NCBI GenBank assembly: GCA_030141605.1
Contig: JAQGDQ010001520.1
Coordinates: 20,925 to 36,646 of the forward strand
Length of the DNA: 15,722 nucleotides
Reading direction: 5' to 3'
From: Tubiluchus corallicola
Lineage: Eukaryota; Animalia; Priapulida
Below, one piece after another: positions 10,563-15,722 of the stretch. The position numbers and the translations under genes were made by a program. The notes beneath the pieces are model-generated. The model saw only the letters and a list, made by a program, of their open reading frames with translations. It was not told where the DNA came from and did not search any database. Each line of letters starts with the position of its first letter. The stretch's first letter is position 1.

Positions 10563-11759
10563 CAGCAAGTCCTTGCTTAAGGACTCTCCGTTTAATGATG
10601 TTCCGTTTTAATGACACAGATTGTTTGACACCTTTTTTCACTTTACGAAGCAAATTCAATGCAAATTTTTAATTGATTAACCAAATTTTTACATAATTTG
10701 ATGCATTAAAACAGCACCTGTAACGTAAACAGTGAGTAAAGAGAACCTGTTCAACGATGTTAAAAGCATTAGATAATGATAGATAATCATGTTGATGAAT
10801 GCTGGCATGAAGCTCAGTTGATGTGTGGTGTCACGTGAGCAAGTGATTGAGAACCGAAGCGTAGGCGTCGATGCGTCGAAGCTCAGCGCACGATATATAA
10901 GCCTTGTGATGCGCTCAGCTCAGGAGATTGAGTCTGGGGGTTGAGGGACAGCAGGCTAGATCGGGGGGCGTGGCATCACTATCTGTTATATTTATTGTGT
11001 TTGATGTTCAATAAACGTGTAGTTTTATAATCAGACTCTTCATAGTTTTGCCATCCCTAAACACCAATAATCAGCTATACGCAAACAATACAACGAATTA
11101 TTTTACTCAGTGTAATTATTATACATGTTTTTACTTCGTGACCGACTACTGACGCTGCTACTGCATTACTAGAAGTTTATAATAAGTGACCAGCTAACAA
11201 TTTTGCCTGCAACCTGTCGCGGTAACAACCACACTAAGTTATGTAGGTAAAACTCCCCAGGTCGCCCCAGGACTTGGTTTTGACTCTGCAGTGTTTAGCG
11301 TTCAACCACTGACTAGGTTCAAATGTTAGTGAAAGAGAAGGCGCTATAGCTAGGTATTGGCAAGTAAATTATGTAGGTGGTTTCAGGCAAACAGGAAGAC
11401 ATCAATCGGTAGAAATACGAATAAAACGCATAGAATGTTTAACTTACATGACTTAAGCAGTATCGATTTTTGTCTCTGGAACGTATCTCAATTCTTTTAC
11501 ATTACTTTCTGTGAAAGTCTTGGCTTCGTTTAATGACGTCATGTTTGCTGGAGTGCATTAGCATCGTTAAGCGAGGACTAACAGTACTTAAAACAGACTA
11601 GTGCCATGATAACATCAATTGTAACTATCGCAGTGTCTCTGGAACGTATCTCAATTCTTTTACATTACTTTCTGTGAAAGTCTCGGCTTCGTTTAATGAC
11701 GTTTCGCTTAACGTCATGTTTGCTAGAACACATTAGCGTCGTTAAGCGAGGACTTACTG
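10563..11759. mobile_element. Non-autonomous Tc1/mariner-superfamily MITE, copy 2 (composite), inverted relative to copy 1
   Basis: TA|CAGCAAGTCCTTGCTTAAG...GTTAAGCGAGGACTTACTG|TA: imperfect TIRs with TA on both sides (10561-62, 11760-61). Contains ~490 bp extra (10700-11190) and a duplicated right end (11472-11591, 11635-11767). Confidence 0.8.
10735..11109 (+). mobile_element. Solo-LTR-like interspersed repeat, copy 1, nested in the MITE
   Basis: ~375 bp with TATATAA (10894-10900) then AATAAA (11010-11015), the order expected in an LTR; inverted copy at 14247-14623. Exact TG...CA ends and a target-site duplication were not established. Confidence 0.55.
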
Positions 11760-11910
11760 TACTTAAATAAATAAATAAATAAAAGACATTTTGCAGTGAG
11801 AGCACTGCCTCTTTCGTATTTTTACATTATAGCAGAAAAGCTGAACACTGGCTATTTGAGTAAGTTAAGAAAATACGCAAGTAAGTAAAGGTCTTTTACT
11901 AGTCGTTCTA

Positions 11911-11954
11911 TCTTTTATAGTCTTTCTCTCTTTTATAGTCTTTCTCTCTTTTAT
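11911..11954. repeat. 18-bp tandem repeat, ~2.4 copies
   Basis: TCTTTTATAGTCTTTCTC repeated. Confidence 0.8.
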
Positions 11955-12607
11955 ATCATCTCACATATGAACTTCATTCATTACATTATTCCATTTTAAG
12001 CACTAATGTTTTTGCTTTTTTTATCACACGATTCACTTTAAATTTTCAGATTATTTCCATTACTTTTTTTTCTTTCACTGTGTGGGACAATCTAACAAGC
12101 CTTGCTTTTTGATTGCCCTATGAGTGAACAGTGTTTGAGGCTTTTCCTGTGCAGTATTTCTTATTTGTATTACATTCATTGTAGGCCCTTTCACTAGATA
12201 TTGTACATGAAACAATTGTAAATGTGTAATGTGAAATAAATGACTTATGACTTTTATTCTCATAAAAAGATACCATTTTTCATGGCTACTTTACAAAGGT
12301 ATAAAATGAGAGTAATATTTACAAAATTTTAATATAAAATACATATACTAATAAACTTATAGTACATCCATAAAAACCTTAATAAAGACGAATCTTTCGA
12401 TACTTAAATGTGTAGAAAAGAGATGATTTTTTATGGTAAATAAATTCGATATGTCAATAAAACGAAACGTCAGCTAGCAAACATGCATTTCCCGTGTGTA
12501 AGAGGCTCCGTTTCCCTTTTGTTCCAGTTATGCCAGGAAACACACAGAAGTAGAAGAAATGGCCACGATAGAAAAAATTGAGTAAGAGTAATTTGATCTT
12601 CACTTAC

Positions 12608-13396
12608 TTGTCAATTCCAGGCTAACTGTTTCAGTTCTGGTGTCTGGATGAAACTGCGGCATCTGCATGGTTGTTAAACCAGTTGCATAGATGACAATCA
12701 ATCCAATGTGTGGATTAGCAGAGAAATCAAAATCAGCTGTTGATAGTGAACTACTGTGCTTGATAACAACGCTGCGAAGGTCATTCAGTCTACCGAATGC
12801 TTTTGGATGGACGTTTCTTAGTTTAGTGTTATAGTCGAGATGCACTTCTAACACATTACCGAAGATGGCGTCTTCTTGCAGTTCCTCCAGATAGGAGAAG
12901 TATACATCAAGTTTTCCTACCTGCTTTCCTTCTAAGAACCTTAAAGGTAGTTGCTTATCCGCATAATTCTGAATGACTAAAGCTTGCAGAAACTCAGGAA
13001 CTGATTTTGATATGAGTTCCAGTTCTCCTCTCGAAACGCCCTCTAGTGATGACCTTCCACAAGTGATGCGACAAGGTGCAAACCTTTCGTAAGAGCACTC
13101 ATATAGGAAGGGTCCACATGTGCCTGGTCTAATGCCACGTCGTAAATTTGCATGTAATTCACATTCGATGTAACATAACGTTGCGAATTGGTCCAGTCTG
13201 ACAGAGTGGCACTTGTTCAAGCGGCACATTGACTTTTTAATGACGTCATTTGATGTTGTTGTCGAGCAGCCAAATTCCGAGAGTTTGATTTCGTTAGTGT
13301 CGTGCTTCCTTGGTGGTATGAGGCAGTCGATGTTGGATGTTCCCCAGGCCACAGCCTTCAACCACAATAGACTGCAATTGCATATTAGATGGTTTT
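12608..13396 (-). CDS. Exon A: LRRCT + Cys-rich motifs + degenerate LRRs (263 codons, phase 1-1)
   Basis: Acceptor ctttttctcctttcAG (13398-13397); donor ACA A|GTAAGT (GT 12607-12606); 789 nt. Reads NHLICNCSLLWLK...CGPFLYEC...LPLRFLEGK...VHPKAFGRLNDLRSVVI...VSLELT. Confidence 0.9.
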
Positions 13397-13716
13397 CTGA
13401 AAGGAGAAAAAGCGAACAAAGTGGACAATAAGCGTTTTCACAGTTCCAGCGATTGATGATGATCGTGAAAAGGCAAAGGTTAAGTGTACTAGACAACGCA
13501 TTTGTGTACACTTGACAACGCCTCGCAGCCGAAGCTGTTGTAATAGTAATAGTTTTACCAGCTAACTACAACATTACCTAGTTCATTTTTTCTTGTTCCC
13601 AAGTAAGATCCTGTTAGTAAATCATTCTATGCACAGGCTAATGCATAAGTAAAGTCCATGTAAAACAACTTAAGTTACTGAACTGATGCCGGCAGACGGC
13701 TTTGTTTTACCGACAT

Positions 13717-13792
13717 GTCACGTGACGGTTGTAGTTAAGACGCGTTGTTGCGGTACACTTAACCTTTGACCTGCAGCAACTGCGCATGCGTA
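13717..13792. promoter_or_regulatory. Motif cluster: palindromic E-box, DR1-type element, NRF1-like site (mirrored at ~15451-15526)
   Basis: GTCACGTGAC (13717-13726), TAACCTTTGACCT = AGGTCA-A-AGGTTA on minus (13760-13772), TGCGCATGCGTA (13781-13792). Motif match only. Confidence 0.4.
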
Positions 13793-13824
13793 TAACAAGG
13801 TTTATTGGACAAGTGCATTGAAGC

Positions 13825-13945
13825 TGTATAAATTGTTGCCAATTTTGTCTATATTCTAAAAACCTTGAAGCTGCACATTTGTGAATGATAAGAGCTTGCA
13901 GAAATTCAGAAAAAGATTTCTGCTCTTGAAATGCCCTCTAGTGAT
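13825..13945 (-). pseudogene. Decayed fragment of an exon A-like LRR exon (mirrored on + at ~15298-15418)
   Basis: GAATGATAAGAGCTTGCAGAAATTCAG...CTCTTGAAATGCCCTCTAGTGAT resembles exon A 12971-13050. With frameshifts it reads SLEGISRAE/KSFSEFLQALIIH/RFLEYRQ versus exon A SLEGVSRGE...KSVPEFLQALVIQ...RFLEGKQ. Confidence 0.75.
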
Positions 13946-14246
13946 ATCTGAATATTGGACTGGCGTCCGCTCATAGCGGAAGCAGGATGGATGGCACCGC
14001 GGCCCACACCGTGCGGCATGTCTTAATTATGTCATTCAACGCCTCACCCATAAACAAAGATTGAATAATACAGTCAGTCGAAATGAGAATTTATTATTGA
14101 ATATTACACGTTAAATAAGGAACGACCAGCTTACCTACAGGAACAGAGTTTGCTTCAAAAAATAATTCACAATCTGCTAATCCAACGAGAACCTAGCGAT
14201 AATAACTTTGAATATCACGTTTGATAGAACATGCTGCATTTTAAAT

Positions 14247-14623
14247 TGAGTAAAATAATTCATTGTTTTGTTTGCGTATAGCTGATCATTGGTGTTTCAG
14301 GGATGGCAAAACTATTAAGAGTCAGATTATAAAACTACACGTTTATTGAACACCAAACACAATAGATATAACAGATAGTAATGCCAAGCCCCCTGATCTA
14401 GCCTGCTCTCCTTCAGCTCCCAGACTCAATCCCCAGAGCTGGGCGCATCACAAGGCTTATATATCATGCGCCGAGCTTCGACGCATCGACGCCTAAGCTT
14501 CGGTTCTTAATCACTTGCTCACGTGACACCACACATCAACTGGGCTTCATGCCAGCATTCATCAGCATAATTATCTATCAGAATCTAACGCTTTTAACAT
14601 AGTTTAACAGGTCCTCTTTTACT
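14247..14623 (-). mobile_element. Solo-LTR-like interspersed repeat, copy 2
   Basis: Reverse complement of 10735-11109, roughly 85-90% by eye; TATATAA on minus at 14463-14457, AATAAA on minus at 14347-14342. Confidence 0.55.
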
Positions 14624-14886
14624 AATCACTTACTCTTACTATTTGTCATACAGGCATAGAGATTATTTTATGTAATTTAATATTTATGTTACCCAGAAGT
14701 GTAAATAGTACAGTCATCCAACACGTGCTCGTCCTCATTTTAACGACTCAACTGTTTCAGTACTTCTATAACCTCCATATCATTGATTACCTTGTTTCCA
14801 AATACATTATTCCTCTATTTGAGCGGTACAATATATAATACATATATCACAGAGTACAACATCACAGGGATGTGATGAAACGAAAG

Positions 14887-15126
14887 GTAATGCTGGCAGG
14901 GGAATACAGTAGACTTCTCAGGTGTGCATGTGAACGTGGCCTTATCTAGCACAGACTCGTATTCTGACCTTGTGTTAGTAAAAGCCACTAGTCACGTGCA
15001 CACCTGAGCTTATAAAAAGGGAAGGTCTGCTGTAGACCCTTGTCAGTGGTCGTGTCTTTCGTAGCATGTGCAGCTCCGTTCACATTTCTCAGGCTTTTCT
15101 CGCAAACTCTGTTCCTGTAGGTAAGC
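14887..15126 (+). promoter_or_regulatory. Repeated promoter-like module, copy 2
   Basis: Internal inverted repeat CTCAGGTGTGCA...TGCACACCTGAG with E-boxes, TATAAAAA 15011-15018, TCAGT 15043-15047, ~76-nt putative exon, TAG|GTAAGC donor (GT 15121-15122). Same TATA-Inr spacing as copy 1. Confidence 0.55.
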
Positions 15127-15722
15127 TGGTCGTTTAAAGTGTAATATTCAATAATAAATTGTCATTTCGACTGACTCTATTATTCAATCTTTGTTTATGG
15201 GTGAGGCGTTAAATGACATAATTAACACATGCCGCACGGGCCGCGGTGCCATCCGTCCTGCCTCTGCTATGAGCGCACGGCAGTCCAATATTCAGATATC
15301 ACTAGAGGGCATTTCAAGAGCTGAAATCTTTTTCTGAATTTCTGCAAGCTCTTATCATTCACAAATGTGCAGCTTCAAGGTTTTTAGAATATAGACAAAA
15401 TTGGCAACAATTTATACAGCTTCAATGCACTTGTCCAATAAACCTTGCTATACGCATGCGCAGTTGCTGCAGGTCAAAGGTTAAGTGTACCGCAACAACG
15501 CGTCTTAACTACAACCGTCACGTGACATGTCGGTAAAACAAAGCCGTCTGCCGGCATCAGTTCAGTAACTTAAGTTGTTTTACATGGACTTTACTTATGC
15601 ATTAGCCTGTGCATAGAATGATTACTAACAGGATCTTACTTGGGAACAAGAAAAAATGAACTAGGTAATGTTGTAGTTAGCTGGTAAAACTATTACTATT
15701 ACAACAGCTTCGGCTGCGAGGC
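15102..15722. repeat. Right arm of the long inverted repeat (runs off the window)
   Basis: Base 15722 pairs with 13520; spacer 14154-15101 is about 950 bp. Confidence 0.97.

Larger units (their letters stand above)
13520..14153. repeat. Left arm of a long inverted repeat
   Basis: Reverse complement of 15102-15722; the outer boundary is set by the window end, so the arm may be longer. Confidence 0.97.

Noticed and set aside
5483-13511. Treating the three LRR ORFs as separate single-exon genes
   Set aside because: ORF-track starts fall in polypyrimidine tracts or inside the LRRCT motif, there are no signal peptides, and matched phase-1 splice sites rebuild the LRR/LRRCT consensus.
15211-15280. 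Extending the exon A ghost upstream (NDIINTCR...RGAIRP versus NDVIKKSMCR...RGIRP)
   Set aside because: Matches are short, need large gaps, and overlap a motif also found in the non-coding module at 112-138.

Overview
AT-rich eukaryotic (intron-containing, most likely invertebrate animal) genomic DNA; no prokaryotic features, RNA genes or CRISPR arrays. It holds the 3' four coding exons of one minus-strand gene (A 13396-12608, B 9999-9241, C 6339-5584, D 3039-923), joined by GT-AG introns that are all phase 1, giving about 1473 aa with the N-terminus not securely located. A, B and C are paralogous frame-preserving exons, each encoding LRRCT cap + two 4-Cys motifs + about 5-6 degenerate leucine-rich repeats. 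D encodes a last LRRCT and a ~650-aa Thr/Ser mucin-like region with 3 x 44-aa repeats and no transmembrane segment. The gene lies in nested inverted repeats: two oppositely oriented Tc1/mariner-type MITEs around B+C, two oppositely oriented LTR-like elements around A, and a TATA/Inr/short-exon/donor module at both ends. Upstream is a palindrome with arms of at least 620 bp that runs off the window and carries a decayed piece of exon A plus a transcription-factor motif cluster. All identities and counts were made by eye.
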